A stretch of DNA of 64,000 nt from Octopus vulgaris (taxonomy: Eukaryota), in NCBI GenBank assembly GCA_951406725.2, contig OX597814.1, positions 225,628,980-225,692,979 of the forward strand, written 5' to 3'. The notes beneath the pieces were generated by a model. It did not search any database, had not been told where the DNA came from, and saw only the letters and a list, made by a program, of their open reading frames with translations. Of this stretch, positions 14,424 to 27,400 are shown piece after piece. The position numbers were made by a program, and so were the translations under genes. Position 1 is the stretch's first letter, and the number at the start of each line of letters is the position of its first letter.

Positions 14424-16281
14424 CAGGCTTCTTTAAGTTTCCGTCTACCAAATCCACTCACAAAGCTTTGGTTGGCCCGAGGCTATAGTAGAAGACACTT
14501 GCCCAAGGTGCCATGCAGTGGGACTGAACCCGGAACCATGTGGTTTGTAAGTAAGCTACTTACCACACAGCCACTCCTACGCCTATTGTATATTCTAGAC
14601 CAACTCTCTTGCACTCAGTTCAACACTTAGCTTTATATTGCACATTTAGAAGGTCACACTATTCTTTTTTCCTTTCACTTATAGCAGTGCCCCTACTTTA
14701 ATTACTTGCAAAACAGATCTTTTCGGTTTGAACGGCAGTTTTTAACATAATTTCTAGTTAACTAAAAAATTTTAAACTTCGTATACTGGTAGAATGTGTT
14801 TATAAAACATCTTTTTCTCTTGGTTTTATTGAGAAAATTCTATAGTTTGTAAGATATTTGTTGTTTTTTTGTTCTTCAATTTCTGCAATTTCAACCAATC
14901 AGTGACATCTATTGAGTTAAAAAGCATTCTGTGCCGTATGAATATGTCCCTCGTTTAAGAAACAGATTGGGTTTATTTACATTTGTGAAGAAAAAAAAGA
15001 TACCCTTCCCCACCCCTAACCCTAAAACAGATTGAAATGCAATAGATCGATACTAGGGTCATAATTAAGGGTGACAATTTCATATGACACCGGTAGAAAA
15101 AACTGCCGTTCAAACGGAAAAGATCCTGCAAAACTCACGACACTAGCTCAGAAAGAAAGGTGTTTTACTTGCCTTCTTCTTACGTGTACTCAGGACTTGA
15201 AATGGTAAGATGCATTGGTTCTCTTTATCCCAAGCAACAGCTTCTGAATCAAGAACAAAAGATTTGACATCTTTGCCAACAGACTTTGATATTCTCTGAA
15301 TGACATCTGGATATTTGGTAGTATTGTCTTCTGAATTGCGGCTGTAGATCTCTACTTTACCATCTTCCTTCATGTGAATCTGCCAGCAAACAAAGAAATT
15401 ATCACTGAAATAAATTCTGCATCCTAAGTCTGTAAGATTCTTTGAAACAGACAAACATGCATGCATGTATGTTTTGAGAGGATTTAACATAAAACTGTAT
15501 CTCACGGATGGAGTAGGAATCACTGTAGAGTGGGTTATACCATTAGCATACCAGGTTACTCTTTTACTTGTTTCAGTCATTTGACTGTGGCCATGCTGGA
15601 GCACTGCCTTTAGTCGAGCAAATCGACCCCAGGACTTATTATCTGGATGCCTAGTACATATTCTATCAGTCTCTTTTGCTGAACCGCTCGGTTATGGGGA
15701 CATAAACACACCACCATCGGTTGTCAAGCTAGGTTGGGGGGGACAAACAAACACACACATACATATATACACACACACACACACACATATATATATACAC
15801 ACATCAGAATCAAAATCGATCAATGGAAATTGCAGATGTGTTACCAGTGCCGGTGGCATGTAAGAGAACCTTCCGTTTCGCGACTGTTGCCAGCACCGCC
15901 CCGTTTCGTGTCTGTTGCCAGCCTCGCCTGGCCCTTGTGCCGGTGGCACATAAAAAGCACCATCCATTCGTGGCCGTTTGCCAGCTCTGTCTGGCACCTG
16001 TGCGGGTGGCACGTAAAAAGCACCCACTACACTCACGGAGTGGTTGGCGTTAGGAAGGGCATCCAGCCGTAGAAACACTGCCAGATTTGACTGAGCCTGA
16101 TGAAGCCTTCTGGCTTCACAGACCCCAGTTGAACCGTCCAACCCATGCTAGCATGGAAAACGGATGCTAAACGATGATGATGATGATGATGACACACACA
16201 TTATTGTAGTAATGGCTATATACCAAAGCCTTGTGAGTGGATTTAGTAGACAGAAACTGAAAGAAGCCCATCGTATATATA

Positions 16282-16317
<36 letters not shown>

Positions 16318-16447
16318 CCCATGCTAGCATGGAAAACGGACGCTAAACGATGATGATGATGATGACACACATATATATATATATATATATATATCATCAT
16401 CATCATCATCATCATCGTTTAGCGTCCGTTTTCCATGCTAGCATGGG

Positions 16448-16484
<37 letters not shown>

Positions 16485-19400
16485 ACACACACATATATAT
16501 ACGATGGGCTTCTTTCAGTTTCCATCTACCAAATCCACTCACAAGGCTTTGGTCGGCCCAAGGCTATAGCAGAAGACACTTGCCCAAGGTGCCACACAGT
16601 GGGACTGAACCCGGAACCATGTGGTTCATAAGCAAGCTATTTACCATATAGCCATTACTACATTATAATGTCTCAAACAATAATGCTATAATGCTTTCAA
16701 ATCTATTCTCCAAATGTAAACAATATTTATTTCTGATTGTCTAAAAATGTAAGCAATTCCAGTGGATGAAATGAGAGTCTCCTTTTGTGTGTAATACAGC
16801 ATAATATTTAACCAACCCTTTAGCATTTAAACCAGCCACATCTAGTCCAAATATTCTATCTATTTTATGTTCATATTAACTTCGATGACTGGCATCCATG
16901 CTAGTGGAGCGCTAAGAGCACCATCCAAGCGTGATCATTGCCAGAGTGGCTAACTGGCTTCCGTGCCAGTGGTACGTAAAAAGCACCATTTGAGCGTGAT
17001 TGTTACCAGCGTCGCCTTACTGGTACTTGTGTTGGTGGCATGTGAAGGAAACATTCAAGCAAGGTCATTGCCAGTGCTGCTGGACTGGCTCCTGTGCAGG
17101 TGGCACATAAAAAGCACCATTTGAGTGTGGCCATTGCCAGTACCGCCTGACTGGCCCTCGTGCCAGTGGCACGCAAAAGCACCTACTACACTCTCAGAGT
17201 GGTTGGCATTAGGAAGGGTATCCAGCTGTAGAAACTCTGCCAGATCAAGACTGGGGCCTGGTGCAGCTATCTGGTTCGCCAGACCCCAGTCAAATTGTCC
17301 AACCCATGCTAGCATAGAAAGCGGACGCTAAATGATGATGATGATGATGATGATTAACCAGATTTGGCCTCCCACACCTACTCTACAAATGTTGTTCTAA
17401 AACTAAATAATCCCATCATCGTAATCTTGAAGCTTTGAGATAATCCAGGATTAATTCAAAACAATGTGAATGAATAAGCCTTGCATTTGGCAGAGGAATC
17501 TGAATGTGAAAAGGTGAAACAATACAGTCATAGGTTCACTCCTTTAACATTCAGATTATTCTGTTAAATGCAGTCCTTATTCATCATCATCGTTTAACGT
17601 CCACTTTCCATGCTGGCATGGGTTGGACGATTTGACTGCACCAAGCTACAATCTTGATCTGGCAGAGTTTCTACAGTTGGATGCCCTTCCTAATGCCAAC
17701 CACTCTGAGAGTGTAGTGGGTGCTTTTACATGCCACCAGCACAAGGGCCAGTCAGGTAGTACAGGCAACAGCCACGCTCAAATGGTGCTTTTTATGTGCC
17801 ACCTGCACAGGAGCCAGTCCAGCGGCACTGGCAATGACCTCGCTCGAATGTTTTTTATATGTGCCACCAGCACAGAATTAATCAGGTATTGTCTTGTAGC
17901 TTCAGAATTTCAATGATATGGTTGTATACATCTTTAGGATGACATTGTAGGTTAGGTGTGAGAGGGTAGATCTGGTCACTATGAACAGGTAGAATATCTG
18001 AACCTGATTTAGCTGGTTCAAATGCAAAAGGTTTAAGGAGCAGAATATTTAACAAAGGAAAAGAGTAGCATTAAGACATTTCAAAAACCATAATGTTGTA
18101 AAACATTACAATTATTGGTCTAGCATTTTAATATCTTGGCTATTTAGCCTCATCATGGTATTAAAAATAAAAAATAATTTTTTAAAATTTAATAGTAAGA
18201 AAAAGTAGCAAATGAAGACACAACAATTATAATATGAACAGTAAAATCACTAAAAAAAATTACCTGAGCTCTTTCTCCATCATATTTATATTCACAGGTA
18301 AATTCAGCCTCATCAAATTTTGCCAACACATCGCTGATACCTTTTGTGGGGTTCGCTAACATAGGCTTTAGAGGGATTCCTGAAAAAAATTTACAATCTT
18401 TCTCAGAAACATTAAGAGATTCTCAAATGCAACCAATTTCATCTATTTCATTTAGTTCTTTCTTTACTTATTTGTGTATTTTTTTTTATTTATGTATTTT
18501 TAAAGGGGGATTAAAGAGTAATGAAAGGAAGATACCATGTAATCATTAACCCTTTAGTATTTAAATTGACTATGTCTGGCCCAAATACTCTACCCTTTTT
18601 ATGTCCAAACTGGCCAGATTCAGCCCCTTACGCCTATCCTACAATATCACTCCAGAAATAAACAATCTCATCATCAAAATTTCAAAGCTATGAGATAATT
18701 CAGGATTAATTCAAAATACTGTAAACAAGCATTACATTTGACAAAGTAATCTCAATGCTAAAGGGTTAACAGATCATTGCCGCGTATATCCAGTGGTTCG
18801 AATTCAAATCAGTTTGAAAGGGCCAACATGACACCAACAGCAGTAGCAGCAGATTCTTATTTCTTTATTGCCCACAAAGGGCTAAACACAGATGGGACAA
18901 ACAAAGGGATTAAGTTGATTACATCGACCCCAGTGTGTAACTGGTACTTAATTTATCGACCTCGAAAGGATGAAAGGCAAAGTCGACCTCGGCGGAATTT
19001 GAACTCAGAACGTAACGGCAGACAAAATACCTATTTCTTTACTGCCCACAAGGGGTTACACACAGAGGGGACAGACAAGGACAGACAAATGGATTAAGTC
19101 GATTATATCGACCCCAGTGCGTAACTGGTACTTGTTTAATCGACCCCAAAAGGATTAAAGGCAAAGTTGACCTCGGCGGAACTTGAACTCAGAATGTAAC
19201 GGTAGACGAAATACAGCTAAACATTTCGCCCAGCGTGCTAACGTTTCTGCCAGCTCACAGCAGATTCTGTCATTGTTATCCCCCATCACTGGCAATGTCA
19301 TCACTATCATTACAAGACTAATAATTACTTGATTTATTCTTATTGTTTTGCATCCACTTTATTACAGCCTAATCAGGAAGGCTTTCTCAGCATTTGCTCT

Positions 19401-22400
19401 TTTACAAATGTTATTTGAACAAATGTTTTTACAGCTGGATATTTTCCCTGCCGCTAAATGGCTACTTCAAGGTAAAAGCGGAACTGGTTTATCAAGTAAG
19501 TAGTCTGAGATATACAGAATTATATGCCATGCTCAAAAGCACTCGTAACCATTTGATCAATAGTTTAGCACCGCAACTTCAGAGTCTCTATTTGCTTTCT
19601 ATTTGAAGCAAAAATTATTATAACCAAATCCATTTCTGGAACAGAAAAACAGATGTGGATGACTGATTCCAATCAATAAGATAATGGATGATCAGTAGTT
19701 TAGATACTGTCACCAGCAACTACATTGTGTCAGTGCTTAAGATAGTTTTTAAATGGACACAGTATACTAGGCTGTAAATAGAAACCACAGAATGTAAATG
19801 AACCCCACTTAGTATTAAATGTCCAATAGTTCTGTTAGGCTGCAGTAACAGGATCAATTCCACAGATGGAAAAAAGTTATCTATGATAAACTAGGAGTCT
19901 TATCAAGTGAGAAATTTGTTGTATCTACCAAGCATCATGGAAACTAGAGATAAACACCAACCCAATTAGCCACAAAGGTTCCTCAGATTGCAAACATTAA
20001 CAACCTTAATCTCATATACTTAGGCTCAAGTTGAGGAGTGATGTATCTCTTTATATTCATTAACAAAAAATATTACCATTTCTGAGTGACCATGTCCTTT
20101 ACAGCAGCATACCTGTTTCTGTCCTCAATTCTGAAATCTCTCTCTTTCTCTCTCTCTCTCTGGCCAGGTAACCATGTACCTCCTCTGCAGCAACACACCT
20201 GTCTCTGTCTCGCTATAACTTTTCATCATTTGATACAAGATCCCCTCTTCCAATGCCGCCTCCCCTCTCAAAGGTCTTGCAAGTTACTTGGTAACCCTGC
20301 AGGTGTTGGTGCCACTTAAAAAGTATCCAATATACATTGTAAAGCGGTTGGTGTTTGGAAGGGTATCCAGCTGTAAAAATCTTGCCAAGATTGACCTCAC
20401 CTGTGCTTGTGCCACATAAAAAGCACTCGGTCCACTCTGTTGGGTGGGTGGTAGGTGCTAGGAAGGGTAACCAACCATAAAAACCTTGCCAAAACAGACA
20501 CAGAGGTCTGGTGCAGACTCCTGTCAAACCATCTAATCCATGCCAGCTTGGAACGTAGACATTAAGCGATGATGTAGATTAACCCTTCTTGTACCAAACT
20601 GCCCAAGACTGCTCCTGGATTTATGATACAAACTTCTTATCTTAACGTAAACTAAATTAAAACCTTGCATAAAAATTTCATATTAATGTTCCAAACTCCA
20701 GTTTAATAATGATAAAGTTATTTTACTAAATTATTTATTATTACTAAAATTAATTAAAACAAAGGCAGTGTATTTCAACAGGTATTAGGTAACAAAAGAG
20801 TCAACACTCGCTCACCATCTGAGAACTATAAAAACACTAACCATCATGGATTTGATAAGGTAATGAAGCAGCCTGAAAGTAAATTGCAAACCCTCTATCT
20901 TATTTCTATATTGCCCACAAGGGGCTAAACACAGAGGGGACAAACAAGGACAGACAAAGGGATTAAGTCGATTACATCGACCCCAGTGTGTAACAGGTAC
21001 TTAATTTATCAACCCCGAAAGGATGAAAGGCAAAGTCGACCATGGCAAACCCTCCATCTTAATAGACAGATAGCAGTATTCATTGTTGTTGATAGATATT
21101 TTCTTTATAACTGAATCTTTCATAGTATTTACTATTTAATTAGTATTAGACAAAGGAGGCATTCCAGTCATGACCATTCCATTTTTTTTCTATATCAGTC
21201 AACTGAGTCCTTCTTGAAGACAGCAAGATTTTACTTGAAGGAGGCTGAGCTGCTGCTTCTCACAGGTTGAGCAACCATAAAGATGCTCCCTTATTAGCCG
21301 AGGAAGATGACAATGAGTATAATTGATGATGATGATGAAGATAAAAGAGAGGATGGCATTGGTAGTAATGGCTTCAAATTTTGGCACAAGGCCAGCAATT
21401 TCGAAGAGAGGAGTAAATCGATTACCTTGACCCCAGTACTCGGCTGGTACTTATTTTATTTTATCGACCCCGAAAGGATGAAAACCAAAGTTGACATGGG
21501 CAGCATTTGAACTCAGAACACAAAGACAAACAAATCGTTGCTAAGCATTTTGCCCGGCATACTAACAGTTTTGCCAGCTCACTATCTTAAAGACCGATGA
21601 AATGCTACTCAGCCATTTTGTCTGGTGTGATGACCGTTCAGCCAGCTTGCTGCCTGAATGGCATTGATGATAATAATAACAATGAACATGATGGTGATGA
21701 TGATTATGATGATGAAAATGAGGACTAATGAGTGTTACAATTACAGTGATGACAACAATGATTACTGAAAGTAACGATAATCCTTTCTATTATATAGGCA
21801 CAGGAGTAGCTGTGTGGTAAGAAGCTTGCTTACCAACAACATGGTTCCGGGTTCAGTCCCACTGCATGGCACCTTGGGCAAGTGTCTTCTACTATAGCCT
21901 CGGGCCAACTATAAAGCCTTGTGAGTGGATTTGGTAGACGGAAACTGAAAGAAGCCCGTCGTATATATGTATATATATATATATATGTGTGTCTGTGTTT
22001 GTCCCCCCCAAATCCCTTGACAACCGATGCTGGTGTGTTTACGTTCCCGTAACTTAGCGGTTCGGCAAAAGAGACCGATAGAATAAGTACTAGGCTTCCA
22101 AAGAATAAGTCCTGGGGGTCGATTTGCTCGACTAAAGGCGGTGCTCCAGCATGGCCACAGTCAAATGACTGAAACAAGTAAAAGAGTAAAGAGTATATAC
22201 ACAAGGCTTGAAATTATAGGGAAGGTGGTGGGGGCTAGTCGATTATAGTAACCCCAGAGCATAACTGGTACTTATGTTATCGATCCTGAAAGGATGAAAG
22301 GTAGAATCTACCCCAGAATGCAAAATCATGAAATGCTATTAAGCACTTAGTCTGCCAGCTGGTCACCTTACTGTACTCTCTTTCTTATTTTCTCTTTTAA

Positions 22401-24411
22401 TTGTTTCAGTCATTTGACTGCAGCCAAGCTGGAGCACCAGCTTAATGAACCCAGAACCATGTGGTAGGAAAGCAAGCTTCTTCCCATACAGCTACGCCTG
22501 TTCTTCTTCTTCTTATTATTATTATTTTTTTTTATGGCACGTAAAAAGCACCCACTACACTCATGGAGTGGTTGGCGTTAGGAAGGGCATCCAGCCGTAG
22601 AAACATTGCCAGATCAGACTGGGCCTGGTGCAGCCTTGAGGCTTTCCAGACCCCAGTTGAACCGTCCAACCCATGCTAGCATGGAAAGCAGACGCTAAAT
22701 GATGATGATGATGATGATGATTTTTTATACTTTGTTCAAGATGTACCTACCTGGAGTCAATTTACACTTATTTGGTAGTTCATCAATACCATCTGAGAGA
22801 AGAACCTTAATTATAGCATCGTAATTTGGACATTCGCTGCAATTAACAAACACATACATGAGCAAAGAAGACTAAAGACTGGCAAACAAGAATAAAGACA
22901 AGCAAATGATTGAACAAAAGGAAATCATTAATGTTGTCGGAGAACTGTAGTGGCCAGTGATAGCAACAGCAAAAATGAGGTACGTTTGTTCAGTTCATTA
23001 AAGAAAAGCTATGTTCCAAATACTGTTGAGACAAACTAACAGGCCTCATTACTGCTTTTAACATACAAATATTCCACAAAACAATTTTGATTAGCGTAAA
23101 ACTTATTACATCTGATCAATAAATCATGTCTCCTAAAAAAACAAAAAACATAAGAAAATGAAGAGGAAAGGCTATTTTATTCACATTTAGAAAAAGGGAG
23201 AAAGAGAGGGCTTATGAAAGAGAAAGCAGGAATTGCTGAGAAGTAGAAAAGATATTGAGAAATGTAGAGACATGAAGGCTGTTATTGGAAAAGATAAAAG
23301 GGAGATACAACTGTAGTGAGGAAGTGTTAGTCATTGAAGCATAAAGTTTTCTTTTGGAAAACAGTCTCAGAATACTGATGTTGAAAGGAGATCTTATAAG
23401 CCTCAATATGGAAGCAACACTGCCTTGAGTAGTGGAATTAACCCTTTACCATTCAGGTTACTCTGTCAAGTGTGATGTTTATTTATTCATATTATCATCG
23501 TTTAACATCTGCTTTCCATGCTGGCATGGGTCGGACAGTTTGACTGAGGACTGGCAAGCCAGGAGGCTGCACCAGACTCCAACCTGTTCTAGCAAAGTTT
23601 CTACAGCTGGATGCCCTTCCTAACGCCAACCACTCCGAGAGTGTAGTGGGTGCTTTTTTAAATGTGACCGGCATGGGAGGCCAGTGAGGCAGCACTGGCA
23701 TCAACCATGATCAAATGGTGCCTTTTATACATGCCACCAGCATGGGAGCCAGTCTGGTGGCATTGGTATCGACCAGTCAAACGATACTTTTTATGTGCCA
23801 AATTAATCATGCATTATCTTATAGCTTCAAAATTTTGATGAGGAGCTTGTTTATTTTTCCAGTGACATTATCGAGTGGGTGTGAAAGGCCAGATGTAGTC
23901 AATTTGAGCACATTAAATGCTAAAGAGTTAAATGTCCACAGATTGAGTACAGTTGTTAGCCTTATAAACTGAACAACTGTTGGTTGTTTCAGATGAGACT
24001 CTTAATCCAAATATAGTGTTTAAATCTTGTTTAACTTATAGCAGCTTGTGATAATATTGGATTCAGAATTCTAATTACCTTAGTTAACTTTACAGTAAAA
24101 CTTGTTAACATAGGACAAACTAGAACAAATTCTGCCAATGTGCTGATTTTATGAACCATCCTCCTATATTTGAATGGAGAATAAAAATAAACCTAATTAT
24201 TAACTTCGTTATAACTTGAAATAAAACATCAAATCTCTGTGTTTTCATAATCAGTAGAATCCACCAAAAATAATCCAATTAACTCCAGGGAATAAAAAAA
24301 AAATAGGATTTGTAACATTAATGATTTTGCTCAAGGATAAAACGGGAAATTAGAAACTGATGCTGGGCTACAGATTTGGCCTTCTGATTATGTAAGCATA
24401 AGTGTTTGTAT

Positions 24412-24443
<32 letters not shown>

Positions 24444-27400
24444 GCATCTCTCTCACACACGCACACATTCAGAGTGATAATTCTAAGTGAACTTACCAGT
24501 ATGTTGTTTTAATGGCAAGGACTGACTCTTCTACCTTCTTCTTCAGGCTATCAGCTGACAAACTTTTCCCAGCATTGACAATCACAGGTGGGTAAGCTAC
24601 AGTTACAAAAAATAAAAAATTACATTATGAAATTTTTCCAACACTAAGAAAAGGAAGAAAGCAATTAAAAAAGAATTATAAAAAATAAGATAGGCATGAT
24701 CAATTTGAAATCATCTTTGTGCCTTGTTTCTGGTTCTAAAAAGAAAGCTGAGCTCTTCGAAAAGATGAATTAAGATAGCTGTTCTTTTATATTTTTTAAG
24801 TACCAATAAGTAAAAGGTGTATGACTAAGAATATAGTTTAGACTTCCAGAGTGAGTGGTGAATTCTTTCTTGACCTAAACACTTCAGTCCACTCAGCTGT
24901 AGATGAGTTCCAGCAATAGTTGCAAAGTTAAGCCTGTGATGGACTAGCATCCCATCCAGGGATGGAGAGTGTGGTGGGAGGTGTAATTTGAGGCACATAT
25001 ACACCATAGAAACTGGATTAAACTCTGGTCTTATGAGTTTGAGACCTCATGACAGCTTTAAGTCTAATAAGTAAATGCTAGAAAGAGTTAGAGGAGATAA
25101 AAAAAACATCTTTGAGTGAGCAAAAATGAAATAAACTTTACCTTGACCAGGAGGAGACAAAAATATAGCACTACCCAAAGCTGCTAGAACAGATTGTTCA
25201 GCTAGGCCAATACGCAGTTTCCCACCAAGGGACCTTATGAGAAACCGAGCCTCTGATGAACGACATGCCACAAACATGACTTTAATTTTGTCGATTTTCT
25301 TTGACATTACCTGTGAGAAAAATTAAAGAAATTAACAGAATAAAAAAAAAGAAGTAAAGCAGATTATTTGCTATGAAATAAGAGAAAAATAGATACACAG
25401 AATGTAATGATTTTATAAAAAAAAACTATAATTTTTATTTCCAAACACCTAAGTAAGGTTTTGTCTGGGTAGTCATTTTCTTTTTGTGCCTTATAATGTA
25501 ACACACTCACTGGTAAAATTTCCACTTATTTCTTATTTCTATTTTCCTAAAATTTTCGTTGCGTCTTGCAACCTTTTCAATAGTCTTGACTCTAAAAAGA
25601 CTTTCAAGAGTCAAGACTATTGAAAAGGTTGCAAGACGCAACGAAAATTTTAGGAAAATAAAAATAAGAAATAAGTGGAAATTTTACCAGTGAGTGTGTT
25701 ACATAATAAGGCACAAAAAGAAAATGACTCTCCCCAGACACAACAGAATATGCTTCAACACACGAACTCATATAAAGAATCTTGCAAACCAAATCCAAAA
25801 ACGAAATAAGTAAGGTTTGTTCTTCTCTATTATAAAAGCATAAGACTCAGTTTTATTTTACTTTTTATTAACACACATTTCTCAATCACTACTATAACAG
25901 AATAGATTTTTAGGCCATTAGACTCCTTCAAGCTTCTATTTTATATAATGTCAAACCTTATTTACAAGTTTGTAGGTCACCCTTAGGTTAAGTACCTCGT
26001 TATATATTTCATTATAGTCTCATTCTTTGTCTTTTTTATCTTCAAAGATTTCCAACATAAAACCCATTGTTTTCTTTTTTTGAGGTGGGGGGAGGGGTTA
26101 ATCCAGATGACTAGCTGGGTTTACTTGATAAATACAGATCAACTTTTAATAAAGATTTGTGTTTGTGATGGTATGAGATGTGTTTGTGATGAGATGAGTT
26201 CAGCTGACTCTACCAATGAATCCACAGTATCATAAGCAGAAGCTGACCACACCAGGCAATCACAGAGGTCCATTACAGAAATCATTAACAACTTGCACGT
26301 CCAAAGATAAAGACCATATGCACGATGGCCAGATATTTATTCAACATCAAATTTGATTGCACCAATCCATGTTTTCAGCTGTCGACTTACCATTTATGAC
26401 ATCCCAAGAAAAGCTATGACGTCACTGCATCACAGATGAGTTCACCCTGTGTACAACAAAGTGTGTGACCAAACCAGATGTAGTTTTTGAGCAAGAGCTG
26501 TTCAAAGAATCCAGCTTGACAATAGCAGGGATGCTGTCAGTAAGGTGAGGTTTGGCAATGAGTATAGTAAAGAATTCCAGGTAAGAGTAGGGGTCCACCA
26601 AGGATCCCCCTCTTATTCATCACAGTCCTCCAGGAATTCAAGACAGGATGCCCCTGGGAGCTCCTCTATGTTGATGACCTTGCTCTAATAGCTGAGTCAC
26701 GACCAGAACTAGAGGCAAAGTTTCAGGTGTGGAAGATAGGTCTAGAGTCAGTCTAGCAAAAAAACCAGTCTTAGTAAGTAGGAAGGCAGACAAATCACAA
26801 ATCTCTCCAGGTAGATGGCCGTGTTTGATCTGTAGGAAAGGCATAGGTAGAAACTCCATAAGATGTACCCAGTGTAACTTCCCAACCACATGTTCTTGGT
26901 TCAGTCCTACTGTGTGGCACCTTGGGCAAGTGTCTTCTACTATAGCCTCAGACCAACCGAAGCCCTGTGAGTGGATTGGGTAGATGGAAACTGAAAGAAG
27001 TTGGTCAGAAAAATATATGTATATGTATATCTATGTGTGTCTTTGTGTCTGTGTTTATCCCCCTATTACTGCTTGACAACCGGTGTTGGTGAGCTTACAT
27101 CCCCGTACCTTAGCAATTCAGCAAAAGAGACCAGTACAATAAGTACCAGGTTTAAAAAATAAGTACTGGGGTCGATTCATTAGATTAAAAATTCAAGACG
27201 GTCCCCCAGCATGGCTGCAGTTTAATGACTGAAACAAGTAAAAGATAAAAGATATAATAAATAAAAGAAATACTCACTGAGTTTCCAGTCATGAGGGCAA
27301 TCTCTTTCAGTTTAGAGAAGACACCAGCAATGGTCAGTTTTGGTGGAGCAAACATGGTCCGTTGATTGCTACGACTTGACTATGAAAACAGAACAAATAT

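Larger units (their letters stand above)
25462..25740. mobile_element. Fold-back element (132-bp arms, 13-bp spacer), probable inverted Penelope-like terminal repeats
   Basis: 25462-25593 is a near-perfect reverse complement of 25607-25740; each arm has a hammerhead-like motif next to the spacer. Confidence 0.75.

Noticed and set aside
15010-15026. Telomere-like ccctaaccctaa
   Set aside because: Only two units, internal to a MITE; not an interstitial telomere.
15167-15168. Canonical GT donor 4 nt into the intron
   Set aside because: It adds GCAA and frameshifts the downstream catalytic exons.
21797-21870. tRNA gene
   Set aside because: Box A/B are present, but it is the head of a multi-copy SINE with no convincing cloverleaf.
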